From IMG/VR virus record IMGVR_UViG_3300045988_133728, positions 37,250 through 101,249 of that record: a stretch of 64,000 nucleotides of DNA; one strand, given 5' to 3'. Below the pieces are notes generated by a model. It was not told the origin of the DNA. It made no database searches and was given only the letters and a program-made list of their open reading frames with translations. A program made the translations under genes and the position numbers. This document shows positions 20,001 through 30,047 of the stretch, piece after piece (position 1 is the stretch's first letter; each line of letters opens with the position of its first letter). This DNA comes from a virus.

Positions 20001-20272
20001 GTTTGTTTGTATATTCAAAATGTGGCTGTATAGATAATACAGCCACGTCCTGTTACTGGGCTCTTGTGAGACCTTGTAAGAATCGTGTCTATGATGAGTC
20101 GCTAAAGGGATATGAGGGCAAGCCTCTTTGTTCTGAATGTGCCGCTATTGAATATAGTAGGGGAGGCGAAGTGGTGGTAGTTCCTGGAACGTGGCACGGT
20201 AAGTTCAAGAAAGAATGGCCTACTGAAGAAGAAAAGAAGCATATTGGTAAAAACGGTATTTTAAATTATTGA
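19997..20272 (+). CDS. Cys-rich small protein (putative zinc-binding)
   Basis: Its start overlaps the previous stop (ATGA). It has Cys pairs CGC...C...C...CSEC. Confidence 0.45.
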   Translation: MSLFVYSKCGCIDNTATSCYWALVRPCKNRVYDESLKGYEGKPLCSECAAIEYSRGGEVVVVPGTWHGKFKKEWPTEEEKKHIGKNGILNY

Positions 20273-20275
20273 TTT

Positions 20276-20581
20276 ATGTGTGATAAGGAAATTGTTGTAT
20301 GTGCAGCTATATGGGTTCAAGATCACAAGAACAAGCCTCACGGTCCAGTAAATATACCATCTGGAACCGTATTTTGTGGATTGAGACACTGTTCCATAAT
20401 ATCGCAACTTGCGGCATACGGAATAGCTCATAAAAACCGCAGTGTTCAAGGATTTTTGACAAGCAAGAATCGGTTTTTAACAAGAGAGGAAGCGTCTGAA
20501 CTTGTTAGAAACAATAATCAGGAGATGGTGGTAGATAGAAATGCCATTAGAGAACAGTTGTATTCAGAAGATTTGTATTAA
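20276..20581 (+). CDS. hypothetical protein
   Basis: ORF of 101 aa. Confidence 0.45.
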   Translation: MCDKEIVVCAAIWVQDHKNKPHGPVNIPSGTVFCGLRHCSIISQLAAYGIAHKNRSVQGFLTSKNRFLTREEASELVRNNNQEMVVDRNAIREQLYSEDLY

Positions 20582-20599
20582 CTAAAAAAATAAAACAAT

Positions 20600-20950
20600 A
20601 TGGGATTTATAATCAGAAAGTCAATATTTTATGATATGATGGACGGCAATCAGTTAGAGTATGAATTTGACAACAGGGATTTAGATCATATCACATTTAA
20701 AGGTGATGGTAAAGAATCTTTTTCATTTAACAGAGCACTTGTTGAAAATTTAATTGAGACATTTGAAACCATGCATGATACATATTCCGATAATTACAAG
20801 CTTAAGGTTTATACTGGTAATTGCATAATTCAATTGAGCGAAGATTCAAAGGACTTAAGTAAATCCTTTTTTGACGTATATGATAAAGATGAAATGAAAA
20901 TGATATACGCAATAAATATCAGTATCTTGAAAGAAATGTTTGTCATATGA
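20600..20950 (+). CDS. hypothetical protein
   Basis: ORF of 116 aa. Confidence 0.5.
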   Translation: MGFIIRKSIFYDMMDGNQLEYEFDNRDLDHITFKGDGKESFSFNRALVENLIETFETMHDTYSDNYKLKVYTGNCIIQLSEDSKDLSKSFFDVYDKDEMKMIYAINISILKEMFVI

Positions 20951-21264
20951 TCACCAAGCAAGATATACAAGCAGCAACATCGTATATTTTCCGAAGCAGT
21001 TTTGTCTCGGAGGACCAGGCAAGGAAAGCAATGGTAAGAGCCGGCAATAACGCTACCAAGAACCTCGTCAAGACCTTTAGAGGCAAGTTGTTCAAGAAAG
21101 CTTTTGAAAGAGCCCGTAGAGGAAAGGATATCAGTTTTTTTGAAAGACAGGAAAAAGAAAGTGGTTTCAACTTTCTTTACAATCCTAATAATGGTCGTAT
21201 GCAAAGCGGTCATATTATAATAGATGGAATTGATCTGTTTAAACAAATAATTCATGAAAGGTAA
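20947..21264 (+). CDS. basic small protein
   Basis: ORF of 105 aa, Lys/Arg-rich, overlapping the previous stop. Confidence 0.45.
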   Translation: MITKQDIQAATSYIFRSSFVSEDQARKAMVRAGNNATKNLVKTFRGKLFKKAFERARRGKDISFFERQEKESGFNFLYNPNNGRMQSGHIIIDGIDLFKQIIHER

Positions 21265-21424
21265 AAAAGTTGATATTCGTTTAGGTAGAGGTCTGGCGAA
21301 TCAGATTAAGATAAACAAAACCATTCCAGTGTCTCATAAACCAAAAGAAGAACGTCGAATGATGTTTATTTGTGGTGATGATATTGCTTCTCTTATAAAG
21401 CGGTTTGAAAATGAATCAAAGTAA
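21254..21424 (+). CDS. small ORF (56 aa) missed by the 60-aa cutoff
   Basis: It has an ATG start and overlaps the previous gene end. It ends 4 nt before the hairpin terminator at 21429. Confidence 0.3.
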   Translation: MKGKKVDIRLGRGLANQIKINKTIPVSHKPKEERRMMFICGDDIASLIKRFENESK

Positions 21425-21428
21425 TATA

Positions 21429-21461
21429 AAGTCGGGCATGTGTCTTGTCCGACTTTTTTTA
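21429..21461 (+). terminator. rho-independent terminator
   Basis: A 7-bp stem aagtcgg/ccgactt with a 13-nt loop is followed by T7. It argues that the 21405 ORF really starts later, for example at MARGYYW at 21473. Confidence 0.5.
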
Positions 21462-21472
21462 TATATTTGTGG

Positions 21473-21797
21473 CATGGCAAGAGGTTATTATTGGATACCG
21501 CAGACAGATGAAACGTTAAATGGCAGAAGCTATTACGTGGCTAAGATAGTAGGGGATATCACGTTTGATACTAAACGAAAAAGAATCGTATTTCAAGCTG
21601 ATAGGTATTTCCCTGTAGGATCTGTTTTCCATTTTACGCACAATTGCTTCAATTATATCATAACTTGCCGACTTCGTAAGCCGGGGCTTTGGTTTGAAGC
21701 CAGGAGAGAGGATTCGGGCCCTATTTGCCCTGAAGATATTGAGCGCTTTGAATCGGGAAGGTTTATACACCGAGATGGGTATATGCATTACATATAA
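21473..21797 (+). CDS. hypothetical protein
   Basis: The ORF is trimmed to the first ATG after the terminator. Confidence 0.4.
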
Positions 21798-21939
21798 GCT
21801 GAACTTGACGATTTTTCGTCAGATTATAATTTTTTTTCATATCATTTTTAAGCCATCAGACTGAGAAATTAGATGGCTTTATTTTTTATGATATGCTTGA
21901 TTTTTAACTACCTTTGTCTCATAACAAAAATGTTTTATC

Positions 21940-24900
21940 ATGGTATCAACGTGTATTATTAAAAGAGATAATAAAAAGAAAGTTGTTTCTGTCTCTACCA
22001 GATCAGGGGACAGGTCTATGTTGTTTGATAAAATAGCATCTGTTCCTCTTATGGAGAACAGGGAGCGGGCTACTACTGTTTTTAAAACCGTATTTTCCAA
22101 CAAGTTCTTAAAGGCTTTTGGCGACTGGAGAAAGAGAGTGCCTATCAACAAACAGGCTTATAATAAGGTAAAATCCAACATCGATCTTATCCCAGAAGCC
22201 TATAGAGAAAGGGTGCTGGATAAGGCTTCTAAGATGAGTAATCCTGTTCTTGTATCAAAATCAGATGCACCTTATGGGATTCAAGAATCAGGCTTCGGAT
22301 TCTATAGCCAAGATCTGGGTGATAATATTATGTTGGTGGATGCTATGATCCCATCAAGTATTTCCGTACCGGAAGAACCAGGAATAGACGCCGGGCAGTA
22401 TTTACAAGATGCTATATCTTCGGACTTCACTCCCGTATCTATGGTACAGGATAAGGGTGTTAATTATATGGTTATAAAAGACGGTCTTAAGATATTTAGC
22501 CCAGAAGAGCTACCACAGACAGATTCTAATCCTGTGGGTGTAACGTATCAGACCGGAGAGCCTCGTTTGTTTTTCATGAACGATCGTAGTCAATTATTTG
22601 AAGATTACGGAGAAGCTCTTCGCTCTGGCGGGAATGATATCAGAATAGGGTTCTTATCAGGCACCGTTCAAGAATCTACCGTGGATGGCGTGGCAGACAT
22701 TACTTACAAAGCTGGAAAGTATGTTCTTAATAATCCCAAATCTTTTATACCGGTCATGACCGCTTCTGCTTCTACTTCTTTATCAACAAAAGGTGGTATA
22801 ATTAACTACCTTATAAAGAAAGGTCTTTTGTCCGGATCTAAGATATTCGATCCTGAAACAAGAAGCTATTATCTTACAGGAGAAGGTCATACAGGACAAA
22901 TTAGACTTTTCAATTCAGCCTTATCATACACCGAGCTCCGTAATCATTTTGGTTCCGATGTTTCCATGAACGACCAAGGTATGATAACCATAAGCTCGTT
23001 GGATAACAGTAAGGTAACTATGAGACTCGCCACCGGAGGAACGGAAAGGATTAGTAGGAAACAGATAAAGAACGATCTTAAGTCAGGAAGATACAATGAA
23101 TTGGACGCCAAGTACGATCATTTTGATGCGCTTGTAGTTTCATTCATATTAGAAGATAACGATCTTTATGCTGATACTAAAGCTAAGATCGTATCAGATT
23201 ATAGCGGGCAGGAACGTGACCAACGAAATTCTATTGTCGAGATACTGAAAACGCTTGGCGTTAGTGTCATAGGTATGACCGACTATATAGAGAAGTACCA
23301 AACCAAATACGGGCACGAACCTTCTGCTAAGGCATTGGCGGATATTGCTAATAACGTAATAGCAGTTGGTGAAGATGCTACTTTATCTGATTTAGTAGAA
23401 GAAACAGCCCACTTTCTTGTAGAGGCATACAGAGATCAGAATGCTGTTGAGGCTGTTCTGCAAGATGTAGAAGGTACGGAAGAGTGGAACCAGTATGCAG
23501 GTCAGTATTATAATACATACGGTAAAGCGTATGAAGGAGCTGAGCTTGATAATGCTGTTAGGAGAGAAATTCTTGGAAAGATCCTCGCCAGGGAGATGCA
23601 GGCCGGCACAGCACAGGCGCCGGTAGAGCCCACCTCCTTCCTGGGGCGCGTCCGGCAGCTTTTCTCTGGAATCGTAAGCTGGCTTAAATCAGCTTTATCA
23701 ACCCAAAGACAAGATTTGAATAACGTTATTAAAAACATTCGTGATCTTGCCATTACTGACATAGATAAAGGATTTGACACCTCTCTGTTAAAGGATAATG
23801 ACTTTACATTATACTCCCTTTCTTCTATGAACAAGAACAAGTTTCTTGAGTCTAAGATCAGATCACTAAGAAAAACATTAAGAGACTTACGTCAGATAAG
23901 CTCTGATAGGGCTGTAACTACGTCTATGACCCTTGCGCAGCTTAAGACCATAGAAGATAAGATAAATAAGGTAGAGACCGAAATAGACAAGAATGAGATG
24001 GCGGCTGCCATGAACAGCATGATCTCCACAGCCGAAGCTCAGGTCAGATACTTAAGCAATGTGGTGAACACCATCCTTCATGGTGATACCAAAGACGGCA
24101 AGCTTCACTTCAATACCAATGATCGAAAGAACGTAGATATTATCAACAATCAGGTTCTTCCGATCATGAACGATCTTCGAGGATATATCCGTAACAGAAG
24201 TACCGAATTTGATGAACGTGAAAAGCAGGATTATACAAATAGGATCAACACCGTCATTGCCGACATCAATGGTATTCAGTCTGATATTAAATCAGTACAA
24301 GACCTTGATGAAAGTACGTTGCTTGATAAGTTAATGAACGAACTTCATGTGCCGGCAGATAAGGTAAAGAGAGTAAAAGAATTTTTCGACAAGGTTCAAC
24401 ACGATGTTTCTTGGATAAGTAGGTGGTTTGGTATATTAGAGCATTCTTCCAGTCCGTTCAATAACGCTCTTGGAGCTATGATTGCCAAAGACAATTACAA
24501 TGCGATGGTGAATGCCCAGCCCGCCATATCCGATTTCCTGGCATATGCGAAAAAGCATGGTTTTAACAAATCTGAATTTGAAAAACTGCTTCAGAAAGTA
24601 GACGGCAAAACTTCTAATTACCTTCGTAGTGCTCTTGATATGGCTAAATACGATCGTAATAAGAAGCTGGCGCAGATGCGAGCGTTTGCGACCGCCATGA
24701 ACATAGAGATATCAGAAGAAGAAATCAATGATGTGGTTGACAATAACCGTAATTACGTATTTAAAAGAGAAGTAGTTGACAAGGACGGAAATACGGTTAC
24801 TGAGAACGCTAAATTTAAACCGTCGTCCGATAGGGTTAATACCGATATTTTTACTATCGAACAGGAAAAAATCTATACGGAACAGATGGAAAAATGGGAT

Positions 24901-27900
24901 GCTGAAAATTCGGAACTGGAATTTAGCGAAAGTTATGCCACAAGAATGGAATCCATATACAAAAAGGCTGAAGAAGAATTAGGGCATCCGGTTTCTCAAA
25001 CAACCAAAGAATACCTTAATGCTCTTTCTCGGCAGAAGCGGATATTGAGGCAGCCTTTTATTGATAGCAATGGTAATTTTGATGAGGTTGCTTACTATAA
25101 GAGTAGTAACTACGAAGAAGAAGGACTGCTTCGTAAACAACGTAAGGAAGCAGCTTCAGAATACATATATGTAGGAACCAGGAGAGTGGAAAAAACTGGC
25201 GACCAACTTAAGATGGCCAAAGAAATACAAGCCATAAATGAAGTTTGGAGAAAAGAATCAAATAATGCCACTAATGCCGTATCAGAATCGTTTTTGCAAA
25301 AATTAAGAACGATTCAGAACGAGTCAGGAGGAGAAGCTGCGTTGAAGACACTTATGTTGGGAGGGCACCTGTCATTTAACGATCGGTTTTGGAATGACAT
25401 AGAATCAGAACAGTCGGCACGTACCGAATCAAATAACAAGGCTTCGTATCTTAAAATGGCACAAGACATCATTAGTTCTACGACAAGTGATAGAGATGCG
25501 ACTGACGTGGATTCGATTGTAAAAGATATAGAAAAAAATAAGGCTATTATCAAGGAAATAATCAGCAACAACCGTGACGTGGCTGATATCGGAGAAATCA
25601 ATGAAGCAACATTTACCTCATCTGAAAGAGATGCTTTTAGGGCCGCATCTGAAGCTATTGAAGCCGATTACGCTATTTTGATAGATTATGCTAAGATGGT
25701 GGGTCTTGAAGATATTGATAAGTACCTTACTAAAAGCAGTAAGGCTGAAAACGAAGTAAATCAGTCTTATTTAAATGCTCTTGCTGACTCCAAGGAAGTG
25801 GAATGGAAGTTCGTACAACGTCATACTACGGCGAAGAAAGCAAAAAGGATTCAGGCTTTAAGGGATAAGCTGTTTAAGGCTGCTGATAACCGATATCTGT
25901 TTACCGTATCTGAAACCAACTACCTGTCAGAAAAGCTTGGAATAAGCAAAGAATTAGACGGTAGAGATTTCAGGAATGCTGTTAATACTAAGATGGCCAG
26001 CTTATTTTTAAATAATACAAGAGAAGAGGGTATAGAAGCTGACATAAAAGCAGGTATAGAAGAAGCTAATGCGATCGTTAATGAATTTGCCAGGAGCCAG
26101 GTCTTTTCGTACTATAAACGCATGGCACCTACCGGATATACGGCTATGATTGGTAAAATAGGCCGCGGTGAGATAGATGTGGCGCAGATGGTTAAAGACG
26201 TACAGAACGGAACATCCACCCAAGATTATGGCATGGACATATCATACCTGTCTTTCGACCCTGCAAGGGCATGGGTGGCTGAATCTGAAGCCGAAAATAG
26301 CGGTCGTAACCCTGATTATGTAAAAGATCATGGGTATGGTCATCGTATGCCCAAGAAAAGCCTGTATCGTGATGAATCGTATTTCAATGACTTTGGTATC
26401 AAGTATGATGCTGACGGTAATGAGGTTGCTACTAAAAACGTAGAGCAATGGAATATGATTCAAAAACTTAAGGAAATAAAAAGACAATCCCTTTCCTTAT
26501 ACAAAGAGCAGAGCCCGAACCTGTATGCTATTCCACAGATATCCAAACAAGATATAGAACGTGTGGAAGGATTGGGTATCAGCCTTAAAAGTACGGTCAG
26601 GAACTTCGTATCCGACTTATGTCTTGATCGCGTAGATGACTCCCTGTATGGTAAAACACGCCAGGGTGAGGTATATGATCCGGAAGATAGGGTTCGGTCC
26701 ATACCTAAATACTACATATATGAATTAGAGAACCAAGATGACGTATCTCATGATTTTGGTTACTCTTATTCGATGCTTATGATGCAGTCATCGTTATACA
26801 ACGAAAAGCAGAAGTCTATAGAGCTCGCTCAAGGACTGGGGCAGATGTTACTGAATAAACAATTTGAAGGTGGTAAAAAGGCTGAAGCAACCCAAGCATA
26901 TCAGATGTTCAGGGACTTCTTCAACGATCATTATTATGGCATTAGGATGAACACCAAAAAACTTACGGTGAACATCGGAGGATATACGGTAGACCTTACA
27001 AGAATTATGATGGCTGTTGAAAGATTTATGTCGGTCATGAACTTGGCACTGTCTCCGTTTGTGGCAGCTACCGGCGCCTTAACAGGTCATATCAACCTCA
27101 TCATGGAATCTGCCGTAGGACAGTATATAAGCAAAGACTCCCTTAAATACGCATCGGCTGAATTTTCACGCCTTGCTCCATCTTGTATAGCAGAAACCGG
27201 AGACATAGATAGGAAAAGCAAATTATATGTCATAGGTGAGAGAATGGGGATATTCAATATCCGAAATCGTATGTATGGTGCCGGATACAATAGAGTGGCC
27301 AGGACCTTAATGCGTTCACCTATGTATGCTTTTATGGAAATCCTGAACTACCCTCTTGATCCGCAGGTTATGATTGCTACTATGGACAATGTTCGTTATT
27401 ACAAAGGTCGGTTCTACACGTTCCAAGATTTCAAGATGGAAAAAGAACGCAATAAAGAACAGAGTACCATAAAAAGAGAATGGAATGCATTAAAAGATCA
27501 TACTTTATGGAGTATGGTAGATGTCGTGGATGGGAAGGTGGTTGTAAAGCCCAGATCGGGTGTTACTGTTGAGGAAGTTGAAACCCAGATGGCTATAACC
27601 AGAAATCAAGTTCGTAGCTTGTCGCAGATATGTAACGGATCTTTGAATGAAGAAAACCGAACTGCTGCATCGCGCAACTGGATAGCCAGGTTCATGACCG
27701 CCCACCGAGGATGGTTGGTGCTGGCGGCTCAACGTCTGTGGAAAAGACGTGGCTTCAATTTCCAGACAATGCAAGAAGAGGAAGGGTTGTCAATTACGTT
27801 AAAGAATATGATAGCCAAAACATTTAGCTTAGCTTCCGAGTCTGGTATGAAAAACATCATAGATGCCTGGAACGAAAATAAAGACAATATGAATGAGGTA

Positions 27901-28386
27901 GAGAAAACCAATATAAAACGTCTCAGTGTCTATGCCGGCACGTTCCTTATCATGCAAGCCGTATCCATGCTTCTTGCCGGATGGCGTGATGATGATGAAA
28001 ACGAAGAAAGTTGGCTTACTCAATTTGGATCCTATGTCGGATTCAGAACCATAAACGAAATAGCTTCACAGATGCCGTTTATTATGGAGCTTAATGTGGT
28101 AGATATCATTAACGATCCGTTTGTTATGGGGCGGAAGTTGAAGGATCTTACTGATCTTAGGAATTACTCACTTGATAAAGTAACATCCGGCACATACAAA
28201 GGAGAGTCTAAGTTATTTAGGCAACTCGCCAAACAGACGTTTATCAAACAATGGTATAATATCAAGACGCCGGAAGACATAGCGCGCGCCTATAATTGGT
28301 GGCAGCAGACAAACAACAAGTCAATGATGTTCTTCATCGGCGCTACTCCTGATTCGGAAGGGGACGATGACGTTAGTTACAAATAG
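21940..28386 (+). CDS. giant protein (2148 aa), second putative virion cargo or internal protein
   Basis: A 6.4 kb uninterrupted ORF with extensive coiled-coil segments. No DxDGD, Walker or other catalytic motif was recognised by eye. An MRRRF-family gene follows it, as for the first giant ORF. Confidence 0.75.
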   Translation: MVSTCIIKRDNKKKVVSVSTRSGDRSMLFDKIASVPLMENRERATTVFKTVFSNKFLKAFGDWRKRVPINKQAYNKVKSNIDLIPEAYRERVLDKASKMSNPVLVSKSDAPYGIQESGFGFYSQDLGDNIMLVDAMIPSSISVPEEPGIDAGQYLQDAISSDFTPVSMVQDKGVNYMVIKDGLKIFSPEELPQTDSNPVGVTYQTGEPRLFFMNDRSQLFEDYGEALRSGGNDIRIGFLSGTVQESTVDGVADITYKAGKYVLNNPKSFIPVMTASASTSLSTKGGIINYLIKKGLLSGSKIFDPETRSYYLTGEGHTGQIRLFNSALSYTELRNHFGSDVSMNDQGMITISSLDNSKVTMRLATGGTERISRKQIKNDLKSGRYNELDAKYDHFDALVVSFILEDNDLYADTKAKIVSDYSGQERDQRNSIVEILKTLGVSVIGMTDYIEKYQTKYGHEPSAKALADIANNVIAVGEDATLSDLVEETAHFLVEAYRDQNAVEAVLQDVEGTEEWNQYAGQYYNTYGKAYEGAELDNAVRREILGKILAREMQAGTAQAPVEPTSFLGRVRQLFSGIVSWLKSALSTQRQDLNNVIKNIRDLAITDIDKGFDTSLLKDNDFTLYSLSSMNKNKFLESKIRSLRKTLRDLRQISSDRAVTTSMTLAQLKTIEDKINKVETEIDKNEMAAAMNSMISTAEAQVRYLSNVVNTILHGDTKDGKLHFNTNDRKNVDIINNQVLPIMNDLRGYIRNRSTEFDEREKQDYTNRINTVIADINGIQSDIKSVQDLDESTLLDKLMNELHVPADKVKRVKEFFDKVQHDVSWISRWFGILEHSSSPFNNALGAMIAKDNYNAMVNAQPAISDFLAYAKKHGFNKSEFEKLLQKVDGKTSNYLRSALDMAKYDRNKKLAQMRAFATAMNIEISEEEINDVVDNNRNYVFKREVVDKDGNTVTENAKFKPSSDRVNTDIFTIEQEKIYTEQMEKWDAENSELEFSESYATRMESIYKKAEEELGHPVSQTTKEYLNALSRQKRILRQPFIDSNGNFDEVAYYKSSNYEEEGLLRKQRKEAASEYIYVGTRRVEKTGDQLKMAKEIQAINEVWRKESNNATNAVSESFLQKLRTIQNESGGEAALKTLMLGGHLSFNDRFWNDIESEQSARTESNNKASYLKMAQDIISSTTSDRDATDVDSIVKDIEKNKAIIKEIISNNRDVADIGEINEATFTSSERDAFRAASEAIEADYAILIDYAKMVGLEDIDKYLTKSSKAENEVNQSYLNALADSKEVEWKFVQRHTTAKKAKRIQALRDKLFKAADNRYLFTVSETNYLSEKLGISKELDGRDFRNAVNTKMASLFLNNTREEGIEADIKAGIEEANAIVNEFARSQVFSYYKRMAPTGYTAMIGKIGRGEIDVAQMVKDVQNGTSTQDYGMDISYLSFDPARAWVAESEAENSGRNPDYVKDHGYGHRMPKKSLYRDESYFNDFGIKYDADGNEVATKNVEQWNMIQKLKEIKRQSLSLYKEQSPNLYAIPQISKQDIERVEGLGISLKSTVRNFVSDLCLDRVDDSLYGKTRQGEVYDPEDRVRSIPKYYIYELENQDDVSHDFGYSYSMLMMQSSLYNEKQKSIELAQGLGQMLLNKQFEGGKKAEATQAYQMFRDFFNDHYYGIRMNTKKLTVNIGGYTVDLTRIMMAVERFMSVMNLALSPFVAATGALTGHINLIMESAVGQYISKDSLKYASAEFSRLAPSCIAETGDIDRKSKLYVIGERMGIFNIRNRMYGAGYNRVARTLMRSPMYAFMEILNYPLDPQVMIATMDNVRYYKGRFYTFQDFKMEKERNKEQSTIKREWNALKDHTLWSMVDVVDGKVVVKPRSGVTVEEVETQMAITRNQVRSLSQICNGSLNEENRTAASRNWIARFMTAHRGWLVLAAQRLWKRRGFNFQTMQEEEGLSITLKNMIAKTFSLASESGMKNIIDAWNENKDNMNEVEKTNIKRLSVYAGTFLIMQAVSMLLAGWRDDDENEESWLTQFGSYVGFRTINEIASQMPFIMELNVVDIINDPFVMGRKLKDLTDLRNYSLDKVTSGTYKGESKLFRQLAKQTFIKQWYNIKTPEDIARAYNWWQQTNNKSMMFFIGATPDSEGDDDVSYK

Positions 28387-28600
28387 ACGAAGAATATCAG
28401 ACTTGCATTGTTTTTGTATGATTCCAATATGTTATATTAGCATCGTCAAAGAGTAGATTGTACGTTTTTTTGTTCTTACTTGAAAGATTATGTAGGTTTA
28501 ATTTTTTCTGAAATTGTTTTCTTACCGGTTCTCAGTCAGAGATGATAGAGAACCGGTTTCTTTTATGTTGTCAATTATTGCTATCTTGCAAACAAAAATC

Positions 28601-29218
28601 ATGAGACGAAGATTTCAAATAGGGATGGGGGTAAATCCCTCGCTTATAATCAATAAAGGCATATACATCCAACATGTAGATGGAGGATTATATACAAAAG
28701 AAAATTGGTCTAATAAAGGATATTCCAATGATCTATGCAATGGAATAGCTCTTGTAGATAAAGTGTGTTTTGTTATAGCCACCGAATATATTGGCACATT
28801 TAGTTGGGGTAAGGATGGAAGAGTAGACAATGTATTTGCACAAAATAGTTCTTATATGGAGACCGTTAAAAAGGATTATTGGGGGCGTGAAAATCAGAAT
28901 GCGTATCTTGAATATGATACCAGTAATGAAAATTACGCTTTTAATAAAGCTAATAGCTATTTATTTAAAAATGGTCAAAATGGATATGTAGGTGGCGCCG
29001 GAGAGTTTTTTTTGATATCATTGTATGCTAATGAAATAAACGAATGCCTTTTAATGGTAGGAGGTACGATAATGAGTAATAAAATGTGGACATCCACTCA
29101 ATCTACACAATTTACCTATTCGTGGTATTATGATATAAACATCCAAGGAGATCATTTGGATACAAGTATAAGGAGTAATCCACGTTATGTCCGCCCCTTT
29201 ACCGAATTAATTTTATGA
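28601..29218 (+). CDS. MRRR[FY]-family small protein, paralog C
   Basis: The ATG begins ATGAGACGAAGATTT (MRRRFQ). The tool ORF extends upstream to 28514, but the shared 5' signature supports a 28601 start. Confidence 0.55.
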   Translation: MRRRFQIGMGVNPSLIINKGIYIQHVDGGLYTKENWSNKGYSNDLCNGIALVDKVCFVIATEYIGTFSWGKDGRVDNVFAQNSSYMETVKKDYWGRENQNAYLEYDTSNENYAFNKANSYLFKNGQNGYVGGAGEFFLISLYANEINECLLMVGGTIMSNKMWTSTQSTQFTYSWYYDINIQGDHLDTSIRSNPRYVRPFTELIL

Positions 29219-29222
29219 AATT

Positions 29223-29958
29223 ATGAGAAGAAGATTTGAAAATAATGCTAAACTATATGAGTATAAGATAGTTAGCGATTGTATAGGGGGGGGTAATCGT
29301 AGAAGGAAAGAAAGTAGGCACCATTCCACAGGGCGGGCAATTTATCTTTCTGTCTAAAAAAGAACGGCTGGATTCCATAAGTGTCCAAGGCGGTGTTCCA
29401 ATGGAAGATAGGCAAGAGATCGATAGTCAGGTTGATACGACAGAGGAATTGCTTGAACAGGATTCGGTGGTTCTTGCTATTGCTTTAAAAACCTCTCCTT
29501 ATTATGGATTTAGAGTAAGTGTGATAGCACCTGATGAGTTTACGCTAAGAACAACCAATAGGATTAATAGAACCTTTTTAATAACAAGCTTTACTCCACC
29601 TGCTGCTATATACGGTGTAAACTTTGGTGATCCTATTGTCCTTAATTATGATAGTTACCAATATGAGATGCCAGATCTTGTAATTGATGGACCTCATGAT
29701 AGAATAGTTAGGGTAGATCCTAATCTTACTTGGGTTGTAAGATGTACAGACGCCGACTTTACACCTTTGCCATATCCAGAATCATGGTCTGGCCAAGGTT
29801 TAAATTCTATGTTCTTATCAGAAATGAAACGTCTTGCTCCTGGTGATCATCATGTATCATATACAGCTTATATTAATTTGGACTTGATAGATGATGGCGG
29901 AAGTAAAGTTCATACTGAATATCTGATATTAGAAAAAACATTTAATTTTACGATATGA
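29223..29958 (+). CDS. MRRR[FY]-family paralog D, split by a G8 tract (29223-29357 in frame 0 and 29287-29958 in frame 1)
   Basis: It begins ATGAGAAGAAGATTTGAA (MRRRFE). Eight G's at 29286-29293 are followed by an open +1 frame running without stops into the 29401 ORF (GGVIVEGKKVGTIPQGG...MEDRQEID). A 1-nt loss in the tract would fuse both into one protein of about 245 aa. Confidence 0.45.
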
Positions 29959-30004
29959 CAACAATCCCTAACCGTACGCCTATTGTATGGTTGGGGATTG
30001 TTGT
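29958..30004. terminator. long hairpin at the convergence point of the rightward and leftward gene blocks (putative bidirectional terminator)
   Basis: acaacaatccctaacc / ggttggggattgttgt form a stem of about 16 bp with two G-U pairs around a 15-nt loop. It lies between the last + strand gene (end 29958) and the first - strand gene (end 30048). Confidence 0.5.
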
Positions 30005-30047
30005 AGTTACCATCTTTTCTTGTATAAGCAGAACATGAAATAAGTTT

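Noticed and set aside
2814-28386. Assigning either giant ORF as a crAss-type virion RNA polymerase
   Set aside because: A scan for DxDGD/NADFDGD-like double-psi beta-barrel catalytic motifs found only incidental matches (EDGDKKGDGEG in an acidic linker, YDADGNEV). These are not in a plausible context, so no polymerase call was made.
28514-28600. Upstream extension of paralog C to 28514
   Set aside because: The shared ATGAGAMGAAGATTT start signature at 28601, and an N-terminal extension that is hydrophobic and odd (MFSYRFSVRDD...), favour the internal start.
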